Source: an uncultured Opitutales bacterium (GTDB taxonomy: Bacteria; Verrucomicrobiota; Verrucomicrobiia; Opitutales; Intestinicryptomonadaceae). Taken from it: DNA of 64,000 nucleotides. The notes beneath the pieces are model-generated. The model did no database searches. It was not told where the DNA came from and was given only the letters and a program-made list of their open reading frames with translations. Within the stretch, counting starts at the first letter, position 1; each line of letters starts with the position of its first letter. This document shows, one piece after another, positions 18,749-26,598 of the stretch. Made by a program: the position numbers and the translations under genes. The stretch lies in NCBI GenBank assembly GCA_944391135.1, contig CALXSL010000010.1, positions 14,225-78,224 on the forward strand, read 5' to 3'.

Positions 18749-19804
18749 TTATCCTTTCTTGTTGATTTTTACGCTTAACAGGCGGCGGATTTCCTTTGTG
18801 TCGCCGCTTTTCTGCGCCGCGGCCATCTTGGCCTCGAATTCATCGTCGCCGGGACCGTCCTTGCCGGAGCCCCCGGTGGAGAAGTTTTCCGCGCCGCCGA
18901 ACTTGGCGAACTTCGCGGCAAGCTCTTCGGCCTTTTCTTCAGCGGCTTTCTTTTCGGCCTCCGCCGTTTTCTTCCCCTCTTCGGCGGCTTCGAGCTTGCC
19001 GGAGAGCTCCTCGACGCTCTTCTTTAGGGTGTCTATTTCGTCCTTGAGGACTTTGATTTCGTCCTCGCGCTCGACCTCGTCGGCGATTTCCTCGGCGACG
19101 GGCTTCTTTTCTTCCGCCTCGCCCTCCGCAAACTTCGCGGCGGCAAGCGCGTATTTCGGCGTTCCGGCGCCGAACCTTTTGGCAAACAATTCCAATGCCT
19201 TTTTCATCTGCTTATTCCTTGTTTTTTGGTTTTCGTTGAAAGCCTCGCCGCCGCGCGGTTCGGCGTTAAACAGTCCTCCGGCGTTCGCGGCCGGGTCTGA
19301 GACAAAGTCGGCGCTCCATATCCGCGTGAAGCGGGCGCACGGGTTTTCGCGCGAGCAGCCCTCGGGGCGCTGCGGCGAGAACGGAACTTCACTGCCGTCG
19401 TCCATAACCCACACGGCAAAAAGGTCGGCGTTGAGCGAGGTGCCGAATACGTCGGGATGCGTCTGGGCAAGCTCAAGCAGGCGTTCGCGCACGCCGGCGT
19501 CGGCGGTCTTGAGAAAGTTGAAGTTGCGGGCCTTTAGCTTGCCTGCGGCGGCGTCTATGTACACGCCGCTGAAAGTGCCTATTATGTCCGTCGGAGCGGG
19601 GCACCATCCGTGGTTGTTGTAGGATTTGACGGAGCGCCCCGACACGGCTTCAAACGCCGTCTGAAGGCTCTTTTCGTCAATGTCGAGCCCGTGGCCTATG
19701 GCCGGGCCCACGCTCAGCAGCGAAACGTCCGACATATCCGCGCTGTTTCCCTGTTCGGGAGGCACGGCCTCGAATTTAGTGAAGAAAACTTTTCTTTCGT
19801 CCAT
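18749..19804 (-). CDS. prohead protease-like N-domain fused to scaffold-like coiled coil
   Basis: ATG 19804 lies 1 nt after the portal stop. The N-domain has an HK97/S78-like layout (SVKSYNNHGW...IGTFSGVYID). The C-terminus is EEKKPVAEEIADEVEREDEIKVLKDEIDTLKKSVEEL... plus an Ala/Glu/Lys-rich helix. Confidence 0.5.
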   Translation of the reverse strand: MDERKVFFTKFEAVPPEQGNSADMSDVSLLSVGPAIGHGLDIDEKSLQTAFEAVSGRSVKSYNNHGWCPAPTDIIGTFSGVYIDAAAGKLKARNFNFLKTADAGVRERLLELAQTHPDVFGTSLNADLFAVWVMDDGSEVPFSPQRPEGCSRENPCARFTRIWSADFVSDPAANAGGLFNAEPRGGEAFNENQKTRNKQMKKALELFAKRFGAGTPKYALAAAKFAEGEAEEKKPVAEEIADEVEREDEIKVLKDEIDTLKKSVEELSGKLEAAEEGKKTAEAEKKAAEEKAEELAAKFAKFGGAENFSTGGSGKDGPGDDEFEAKMAAAQKSGDTKEIRRLLSVKINKKG

Positions 19805-19805
19805 A

Positions 19806-21350
19806 CTATACGCCCCCCTCGTCAACCTTCGGCGCAAGGGGCGCGCCTTTGGACGTGAGAAGCGGCATTACGTCGGCGGCGTCAATGCCGTGTTCGGCGG
19901 ATATTTCGCGCGCGGTCTTTATGAGGTTTACGGCCTCGAGCACGCGCTCCCTGTCGACTTCGTCGGCGTACCTGCCGTCGCGCCCGACAATTTCGGTTTT
20001 CGAGCGCAGCCCCTTGTCGTAGAGCGATATGTTTGCCTGCGCAGCCTTGGTTTCGTCGATTTCGCGCAGCGGCGGGTATATCCAGTCTATGCGCTCGCGC
20101 ACGATTTCCTCGGGGACGTCGAGTTCGCCCAAAAGTATCCCGCGCATGATGAGCCAGTACTGGATCTTGTCGGCGAACGACGTCCACATGAGGCGCTCGT
20201 CGGTGACGGCGTCGTGCCAGCGCAGCTTGTCGGCGCGCGCGCTGGAATAGTTTGAGTTGCGGTAGCCTATTATGGCCTCTTCGGTTGGCATTTGCAGGCA
20301 GCCGCAAATAAAGTCGCAGTTGGTTATGGCGAACTGCGTAAAGTCGGACGCGTTGAACTTGGGCTCTATCATCTCGATGTCTTCGCCTGTTTCGAGGTAA
20401 TGGTTCATGCCCGCCGTCAAAGCTTTGTATTTCGTGCGCGCCGTAATGAAGTCGCCGAAATCGGGCGCGTCCGGGTCGCTGTTGAAGCTTTGGGCGAGTT
20501 CGGCCGCGATTTCGGGCGCGATGTTCTTTTTCGTAACCGTGGCGTAGCATGACTGCGCCTTGATTTGCGCCGTCTTGGCGCTCATGATGTCCTTCAAGTC
20601 CTGTATGGCGCACATGGCCGGAGCCAGTTTTGGCGAATAGCGCTGCTCTTCGTCGCGCGTCGGCGTGCCGAGGTGGTGGACGAACTGCGCCGGCACGACC
20701 GCCGTGTGCTTTTCGTCGAAGCTTATGCACCCGCCTATGCGCCTGCCGAAGCGGTACGCGCGTATTGCCCCGCTTTTCCAGTAGATTATGCCGTCTTCCT
20801 CGACGCGGGCGCCGTCGGCGTCGTACACGTCTTTGGGCGAGCCGCAAAATTCCGACGGAATGAGCCTTATCTGGCCGTTGCGCATGAACACCGCGAAGCA
20901 TTCGCCGCCTATGACGCTCTCGGTCTGCGCAACGGAAATGAGGCGGTGGAATGTCGCAGCGTAGGAACTGACGCCAAAGCGAAGATTCTCGAATTTGCTC
21001 TCCAGAAAACGCTCTATTTTGTCGTTTGTGTCGGTGTCGGCGTAGGAAATTCTCGGGCTGGGCGTGCCGACGCCAAGCGTGTAGCGCCTGAGTATGCCCG
21101 CAACTATCGGATTGTTGCGCATTGCGTTGCGAAGCCATGCAATGACCTTGACGCGGTCGTTGTACGGAAGCATCTGCGACTCGGTCTGGCTCCACGAATA
21201 GCCGTACATCCGGCGCATGAGCGTGTTGTCGGCGCCCTCGTAGTTGTGCCCCCACAGCATCTGGCGGTGGCTCTGCTCGAGCTTGTTCTTGTAAGGGTTG
21301 CGGGGCGTGGCCGACGCCCGAAGCGTTACTTTTGCGGCTCTCTTTTTCAT
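19806..21350 (-). CDS. portal protein (lambda family-like)
   Basis: 514 aa, between the gpW-like and protease genes. Size and sequence style resemble lambda gpB-type portals. Confidence 0.75.
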   Translation of the reverse strand: MKKRAAKVTLRASATPRNPYKNKLEQSHRQMLWGHNYEGADNTLMRRMYGYSWSQTESQMLPYNDRVKVIAWLRNAMRNNPIVAGILRRYTLGVGTPSPRISYADTDTNDKIERFLESKFENLRFGVSSYAATFHRLISVAQTESVIGGECFAVFMRNGQIRLIPSEFCGSPKDVYDADGARVEEDGIIYWKSGAIRAYRFGRRIGGCISFDEKHTAVVPAQFVHHLGTPTRDEEQRYSPKLAPAMCAIQDLKDIMSAKTAQIKAQSCYATVTKKNIAPEIAAELAQSFNSDPDAPDFGDFITARTKYKALTAGMNHYLETGEDIEMIEPKFNASDFTQFAITNCDFICGCLQMPTEEAIIGYRNSNYSSARADKLRWHDAVTDERLMWTSFADKIQYWLIMRGILLGELDVPEEIVRERIDWIYPPLREIDETKAAQANISLYDKGLRSKTEIVGRDGRYADEVDRERVLEAVNLIKTAREISAEHGIDAADVMPLLTSKGAPLAPKVDEGGV

Positions 21351-21610
21351 TGCGGAATAAATACGGAGAGGGTTACGGACGGGTCGCCGCCTATGGGTTC
21401 GCCGCTGATTTGGGCTTCGAGCCTGTCGCGGAGGGCGCGCAGGCGGTCGAGGCGCGACGTCCAGTATTTGTTGTCGCTGAAAGTGCTGGTTATGCCCTGT
21501 GCGCTGTTGCTGTCGCCCAGCCCGTGCGCAAGCGCAAGGCGGCCCTCTATCTGCGAGATTTCCGTTTCAACCTCGGTAAGCCGTTTCTTAAGTTTGTCCG
21601 ATGTGCCCAT
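21347..21610 (-). CDS. gpW-like head-tail joining protein (candidate)
   Basis: About 87 aa from ATG 21610, helical, ending in an overlap with the portal start. Same position as lambda W. Confidence 0.4.
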   Translation of the reverse strand: MGTSDKLKKRLTEVETEISQIEGRLALAHGLGDSNSAQGITSTFSDNKYWTSRLDRLRALRDRLEAQISGEPIGGDPSVTLSVFIPQ

Positions 21611-21760
21611 ACATATGGCCACACACGTCAACCCTGCGATATTGAAAAATGAATTTTCCTATGTTTCCCGCTTGACATTGCCCCTTAAAAGTTGAGACTG
21701 AAAGGCAGTTAGAAAAGCATTTAGTCCGCTTTTTCGGTTCGCCGTCAAGCGGGCTTTTTT

Positions 21761-21973
21761 TTAGTTTTCGCCCATTCCGTTTTTTACGGTGCAAGCCTCA
21801 AGAAGCTTTTCGCAGTCGCTGCGGCGGTATCTGATGCATTGTTGGCTAAGCTTTATATAGGGTATTTTCCCGGCCCTGCGGAAGCGATCAAGCTGCGTTA
21901 AGGAGACGCCCAATATTCCGGCGGCTTCCTTGCGTTTTATGATTTCCTTTGCGTTGTTGTTCGTATTTGTCAT
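21761..21973 (-). CDS. excisionase/AlpA-type helix-turn-helix protein
   Basis: 70 aa. EAAGILGVSLTQLDRFRRAGKIPYIKLSQQCIRYRRSD resembles the HTH_17 family. Confidence 0.6.
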   Translation of the reverse strand: MTNTNNNAKEIIKRKEAAGILGVSLTQLDRFRRAGKIPYIKLSQQCIRYRRSDCEKLLEACTVKNGMGEN

Positions 21974-22036
21974 TTGTTTCCTTTTTTATTTTGTTTGATA
22001 GAAAGGCGCATATATGCAGTGCACCCGTCAACCACG

Positions 22037-22831
22037 CTATGCGCGGCGCACATACGGAAAGCGCTTTGCAAGCTTCTCAAAGCTCCTGCCGACGCCCTTG
22101 TCCATGGCGACAGTAATGGCCTTTTCGCGGCTGCGCACGGCGCGCCCGAGTTTGCCCGTGTCAGTCTCGTAAGCAACGCGGCTTAGGTTGCGGATGTAAA
22201 GCGTGATTCGGTATGGTTTGTTCTCCCATGTGGAACGGCCGAAATCAATAAGGCCGCGGTCGAGCGCAAGGGCTTCGATTTTCTTTGTGATGCCGCCTTT
22301 GGGGGAAATCTGCCTCGCCTCTTCCATAGAATAGCGGAGACCGTGGACTATGACTTGCAGCCATGACGCTTTTGTCATGCCGCTCATTTTCTTTTTGTCG
22401 GACAAGATTGAACGGTAATCGGACTTGATGCCTCCCCACTCGCGCAGAAATTCATTCCAACGCTCCTTTTTTAAATGAAAGCCGCCTGTTGGAATTTTGA
22501 ATGTGCCATATTCGGTGTAGCCGACATCATGGTATGTGTGATTAAAAGTTGTAAAGACGCGGCCGGGAACGCCGCCCCTGCGCCCGGAAGTAATGCGGAC
22601 GGGGTACGCATAGCCGTTGAACTCACCGCCGCCTGCCAGAAAAGCTTCGCGGTAGGCGGAAAGCTTTAGCGTTTTCTCCTTAGGCGGGCTTGGCGACCAT
22701 TTGAGGCAGGTTTTGGCGACGGCCGCCCCTTCGCCTCGGACAACTTCGCGCATTTCTATCGCGACGTGTTTCTTGGCGGCATCAAGGACGCGGTACAGCG
22801 GCGCCGGGTCGAATGTCATTGTTATTTCCAT
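22037..22831 (-). CDS. hypothetical protein between terL and portal
   Basis: 264-aa ORF with ATG 22831, 3 nt after the terL stop. No motif recognised. Confidence 0.5.
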   Translation of the reverse strand: MEITMTFDPAPLYRVLDAAKKHVAIEMREVVRGEGAAVAKTCLKWSPSPPKEKTLKLSAYREAFLAGGGEFNGYAYPVRITSGRRGGVPGRVFTTFNHTYHDVGYTEYGTFKIPTGGFHLKKERWNEFLREWGGIKSDYRSILSDKKKMSGMTKASWLQVIVHGLRYSMEEARQISPKGGITKKIEALALDRGLIDFGRSTWENKPYRITLYIRNLSRVAYETDTGKLGRAVRSREKAITVAMDKGVGRSFEKLAKRFPYVRRA

Positions 22832-22834
22832 CTT

Positions 22835-24706
22835 TTACCTTTGGTCTATGGGGATGTATTTTTTTTTGGCGGGCATTGGCTGCGCGGGCGTCTGCGGCTG
22901 CGCGCCGGCGGAAGCGGCGGGCGGCGTGTGCTGCGCTTTGGCGATTTTCGGCGTGAACCTTATGGCCCCGTATTTGTGCAGGCGCAGGTAGTGCGCCATG
23001 GCAAGCTGGTAGCATTCAAGGTCGAACTGGTGGTTGTCTTCGCTGTGTACTTTCCACTCGCGCACGCGGCGGCCGCGGACGTACTTCTCGACCGGGCTTT
23101 CCGCGAAAAGCTCGCGCACGTAGCCGCGCTCGACAAAGCGGTACACGTGCCAGTCGCTTCGCGTGCCGCTGCGCCGCGCGGCGATTTCGCCCTTGTAAAG
23201 CGAGCTTTTTATCGTGAGAAGATTTATGCCCGATTTTACGAATTTCATTTGCCGCTTTTTGCCCGTGAAGGGGTTGAAGGTCGTTTCGGTGAAAGGCTTT
23301 AGCTGCGCGCTGTCGCCCGCGCCGACTATTGCCATCCAGCCCTTGGCGCGGCGCGTATAAATGACTTCGTAGACCTCGCCCTGACGCTCGCGGTAGTTGA
23401 TGTCGACGCCGACGTAAGAGACGCCGTAAAGCTCCTGCTTGGCGTCGGCGTCTTCCCATGTGGAGAGAGTGCCCCAGTCGATAAGGTAGGACTTCTCGCC
23501 GTCATAGCCGCGCACGTTGAAGCGGAGGTCGCGCCGCTGGACGTCGACGGTCATGACGCGCACGCTTCCCATCTTGTCGCCCCGGTTGTAGTCGAGCTCG
23601 CAGCCCTTGAGTTTCTTGGGGTCGGAGTCGAAAGTTTCCTCTTCCCACGGTTCGGCGAGCCACGAGTTGATAAAGTTTTGAAGTTCGCCGGGCGTCTCTT
23701 TGGCTTCGATGAATTTTGCGGCAACGGCGCCGAAGCCCAGCGTTGGCGAATACATTGAATTGAGGTGGTAGCCGCGGTGCCCCTTGCGCGCTTTCGGGTT
23801 TGTCGAAACCCACTCGCCGCCGCCGCGCGAGCCTATCATTTTCTGGCGGTCGCGCTCGGTTACGGCGCCCCCGCATTCAGGGCAGACGTAATGCGCGGTG
23901 CGGCGGACGCGTTCAACATCCCACGCGTCTTCGCCCTCGGGGCGTTCGTACCATTTAAGGTTGGCAAACTCAAAGCGGATGGGCTTGCCGCAGCGCGGGC
24001 ACGGCATGAAGTAATAGCGCCGGTCGGACTTTTCAAACGACTTGCAGATGTTGCCCGTGCGTGTGGTCGGGGTGGAGCTGCGGAAAATCAGGCGGTCGAC
24101 GAAGCTTTTGACGCGCTCTTCCAGCAGGCTGCGGGCGTCGCTCTCCCTTTCCGTCTCGGCCGGGAATTTGTCGATTTCGTCCTCGAAGAGAAGCGCGATA
24201 GGTTCGCTGGAAACTTTCCCCGCGCTGCCGACGCCCGTGAAGAAAACCGAGCATGTGTCGAAGTTCTGGTCGAAGTTCGTCATCTCGTCGGAGTTCTCCG
24301 GCTTGTGGCGGCGTATCGCCTCCGCAGAATCGACAAGCGGCAGCCAGCGGTTCTTCACGAAGCGCCGCGCGATCTCGTCGGTGGGCAGCGCGAACATCGT
24401 GCGCCGCGGGTTGTTCTCGATGGAGTACGCAAGCCCAACAAGCGCGATTGTCGTCTTGCCCGTCTGCGATCCGAAGCATAGGTCGACCTCGTCTACGTCG
24501 ACTTCCTTGAAGCATTCCAAAGGCTCGCGCATGTACGCGCAGTCGTCCGTGCTGAACATCCCCGCGCGCTCCGTAACCTTCGGCGACATGTACAATTGCG
24601 ACTCCGCCCACTCAACCACTGACGGACGCACAAGCCTCCGGAACATCTCCGCAGCGGCTTCAATCAGGCGAGTGACGTTATCCGCGCTTTCAACTGCTCC
24701 TGCCAT
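22835..24706 (-). CDS. terminase large subunit, GpA family
   Basis: 623 aa. P-loop FGSQTGKTT and paired zinc-ribbon motifs CPRCGKPIRFEFANLKW / YVCPECGGAVTERD, characteristic of lambda gpA-type terminases. Confidence 0.85.
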   Translation of the reverse strand: MAGAVESADNVTRLIEAAAEMFRRLVRPSVVEWAESQLYMSPKVTERAGMFSTDDCAYMREPLECFKEVDVDEVDLCFGSQTGKTTIALVGLAYSIENNPRRTMFALPTDEIARRFVKNRWLPLVDSAEAIRRHKPENSDEMTNFDQNFDTCSVFFTGVGSAGKVSSEPIALLFEDEIDKFPAETERESDARSLLEERVKSFVDRLIFRSSTPTTRTGNICKSFEKSDRRYYFMPCPRCGKPIRFEFANLKWYERPEGEDAWDVERVRRTAHYVCPECGGAVTERDRQKMIGSRGGGEWVSTNPKARKGHRGYHLNSMYSPTLGFGAVAAKFIEAKETPGELQNFINSWLAEPWEEETFDSDPKKLKGCELDYNRGDKMGSVRVMTVDVQRRDLRFNVRGYDGEKSYLIDWGTLSTWEDADAKQELYGVSYVGVDINYRERQGEVYEVIYTRRAKGWMAIVGAGDSAQLKPFTETTFNPFTGKKRQMKFVKSGINLLTIKSSLYKGEIAARRSGTRSDWHVYRFVERGYVRELFAESPVEKYVRGRRVREWKVHSEDNHQFDLECYQLAMAHYLRLHKYGAIRFTPKIAKAQHTPPAASAGAQPQTPAQPMPAKKKYIPIDQR

Positions 24707-25164
24707 TTGTCGGTTTCCTCCGTCAGTATTTTTATCGCCTCCGCAGCGCTGCCAAGCCCAACCATCTTCGGCGCGAGCCTCTGCGGCAGCACGCGTATCG
24801 CTGTCGCCGTCGGCTGGTACACTTTCCGCACGGCCTCCAACGCCTCGCCAAACGGCACCAGCCCGCGCTTGCGGCTCTCAAGGTCAAGCACGGCACACTC
24901 GGCATCGGCCTCCGCACGCTTGATTTTCGCGGCAAGGTAGCGCTCGTTGCCGTCTTCAAGCTTCTTCTTGAAAAGCACGGGAAGCACCTCGTAAAGATTG
25001 TAGCCCGCCGCACCCTTGCGGATAAGGCCGTCCTTCGTTATTTTCGAAATATAGGCCGATGTGCACCCGAGCATCTTGGCAAGCTCGGTTTGGTTTACAC
25101 AGAACCCGGCCCCGTCGGACTTTGGGCTTGCAGGTTGGGCGTCCTTTTTTTTGATAGTAGCCAT
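24664..25164 (-). CDS. terminase small subunit (HTH)
   Basis: ATG 25164 (track start TTG 25176). NQTELAKMLGCTSAYISKITKDGLI is an HTH. The gene overlaps the terL start. Confidence 0.7.
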   Translation of the reverse strand: MATIKKKDAQPASPKSDGAGFCVNQTELAKMLGCTSAYISKITKDGLIRKGAAGYNLYEVLPVLFKKKLEDGNERYLAAKIKRAEADAECAVLDLESRKRGLVPFGEALEAVRKVYQPTATAIRVLPQRLAPKMVGLGSAAEAIKILTEETDKWQEQLKARITSLA

Positions 25165-25172
25165 TACTATTT

Positions 25173-25775
25173 TCAATTAACCCTGATTTTTTTTTGCCCG
25201 CTCAAAAACGCGGGGCTCGGCAGGTCACCTCCTTGGGGTTGCCCGCCTCCGGAAGTACCTACGCAAGGTATGCGTATGAAGTCCTTTCCTCTTTCCCGAA
25301 AGGCGTCCATAGCATCGCCTCCAACAAATGTCCTTATAGAGCGCCTGAAGCGTTTTAATCGAGCACCGACAGCCTGTTTTGATATCCCCACACACAAGGC
25401 GATCTCTTCAAGGCTAGCGGAGCTAAGTCCTAATTCTCTTTCCAGCAGCAAACAGTTTATAGGAGTTATGTGCAGCCCTCCTGCTGCGCCTAGCAAAGCA
25501 CAAATCAACGATAATGTAGTCTCTCTAGCCATAGTCATTGCCATGTTTTCGATTATTCCATGAACAGCGTTAAGTGCCTGCGGAGAAGTCTTTATCCCCA
25601 ACGATGTAAGAGCCTCCTCCAATTTGTCGAGTTCGTCTCCGGGAAGATCAGGAATGATAGCGGTGCGATGTTCGATCCATCTAGCGGAGTCGAATAGGAT
25701 ACCGCGCTTTTTCAAGCTAACACTCTTAGTCTTTGCCGCCTGCCTTGTCTTCTGGAGTTCGGAGTTCTTCACCAT
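25173..25775 (-). CDS. sigma-70 region-4-like HTH protein, candidate late-gene regulator
   Basis: 200 aa. LGLSSASLEEIALCVGISKQAVGARLKRFRRSI resembles a sigma region 4/LuxR-type HTH. Sits immediately upstream of terS. Confidence 0.5.
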   Translation of the reverse strand: MVKNSELQKTRQAAKTKSVSLKKRGILFDSARWIEHRTAIIPDLPGDELDKLEEALTSLGIKTSPQALNAVHGIIENMAMTMARETTLSLICALLGAAGGLHITPINCLLLERELGLSSASLEEIALCVGISKQAVGARLKRFRRSIRTFVGGDAMDAFRERGKDFIRIPCVGTSGGGQPQGGDLPSPAFLSGQKKIRVN

Positions 25776-25859
25776 GCCCCGATTTTATTTCAAAGAACGA
25801 AACGTGCGACAAGTTTTCAGCGACCTAAAAAAGCCTAAGAAAACCTAAAAAGACCTAAA

Positions 25860-26057
25860 TTATTCAACCCACGCAAACCAACCGCCATCTTTGCGCGTTT
25901 TCACCTTTAGGCCCATCCCCCGTACAACCGCGCGAAAATCCTCCATATCGGCTTTTTGCTCGAAGAAGGCACACTTATCCCTCCCGCGAATCTCCAAAGC
26001 CTTTTGGCGGTATTCTTCGCGCTTTTTGGCGGGTTTCTGTTTCGAGACTATGCGCAT
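25860..26057 (-). CDS. hypothetical small basic protein
   Basis: Internal ATG 26057 of ORF 25860..26141 (MRIVSKQKPAKKREEYRQ...). 65 aa. Confidence 0.35.
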   Translation of the reverse strand: MRIVSKQKPAKKREEYRQKALEIRGRDKCAFFEQKADMEDFRAVVRGMGLKVKTRKDGGWFAWVE

Positions 26058-26206
26058 GATAAAATGTCTCCCGCATTCATTCCCATGACCCATAGCAGGA
26101 ACAGGCAAAGAACATAAACGAGCAAGGCAAGTTTTAGGCAAAACATAACCGGCTCAAAGAACGTTCCGAGCGCGTAAGCCAGCAAGCAAAAATTTATCAA
26201 TCCCAT
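26048..26206 (-). CDS. small hydrophobic membrane protein
   Basis: Own translation gives MGLINFCLLAYALGTFFEPVMFCLKLALLVYVLCLFLLWVMG... (52 aa). ATG 26206 is preceded by AAGGA. Below the track's size cutoff. Confidence 0.35.
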   Translation of the reverse strand: MGLINFCLLAYALGTFFEPVMFCLKLALLVYVLCLFLLWVMGMNAGDILSCA

Positions 26207-26393
26207 TTCAATTTTCCTTTCGTTTTAAAACTCTTTGCATTTGGGCGTGCACAGATGGCAGCGAGCGCCCCGCAAGGGGGCAGCGCGAAGCGTAAGCCAT
26301 CTGTGGAAAGCCCGTTGAAATTATTTTTTCCTTACTATTTTTTTTCTTCTCCCTTAAGGGAGAAAAAAAATAGCGCGCGCGCGTGAAGCACAC

Positions 26394-26587
26394 CTTCGCA
26401 CACTTTGAAAATCCTTTAAAATAGCGGGCTTGCACATTTCCGCACATAAGTAATGTGCGAAGCGTTTTTTTGTTGGTGTGCGGAACCTGTGCGCAAATGT
26501 GCAAATAATGATTTTCAACAACTTGTGAATTGCGCGCAAATGTGCGGAAAACATCTCCGCACACTCCGCACACATACAGTGTGCGAA
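26394..26587. repeat. Iteron cluster (TCCGCACA / TGTGCGGA), candidate phage replication origin
   Basis: Perfect 8-mers at 26439-46, 26556-63 and 26565-72 (forward) and at 26477-84 and 26541-48 (reverse). Degenerate copies (TGTGCGA, TGTGCGC, TTCGCACAC) lie at 26394-403, 26454-60, 26489-95 and 26579-87. Confidence 0.5.
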
Positions 26588-26598
26588 ATTCATTTATA

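Noticed and set aside
19882-21255. 457-aa Arg-rich minus-strand ORF overlapping the portal gene.
   Set aside because: It is an alternative frame of the portal gene with an extreme Arg/His/Pro composition, which makes it a GC-driven spurious ORF.
26340-26360. Palindrome CTCCCTTAAGGGAG flanked by T- and A-runs, considered as a terminator.
   Set aside because: On both strands the T-run precedes the stem and the A-run follows it, so it lacks the hairpin-then-U-tract geometry. It is noted only as part of the origin-like region.
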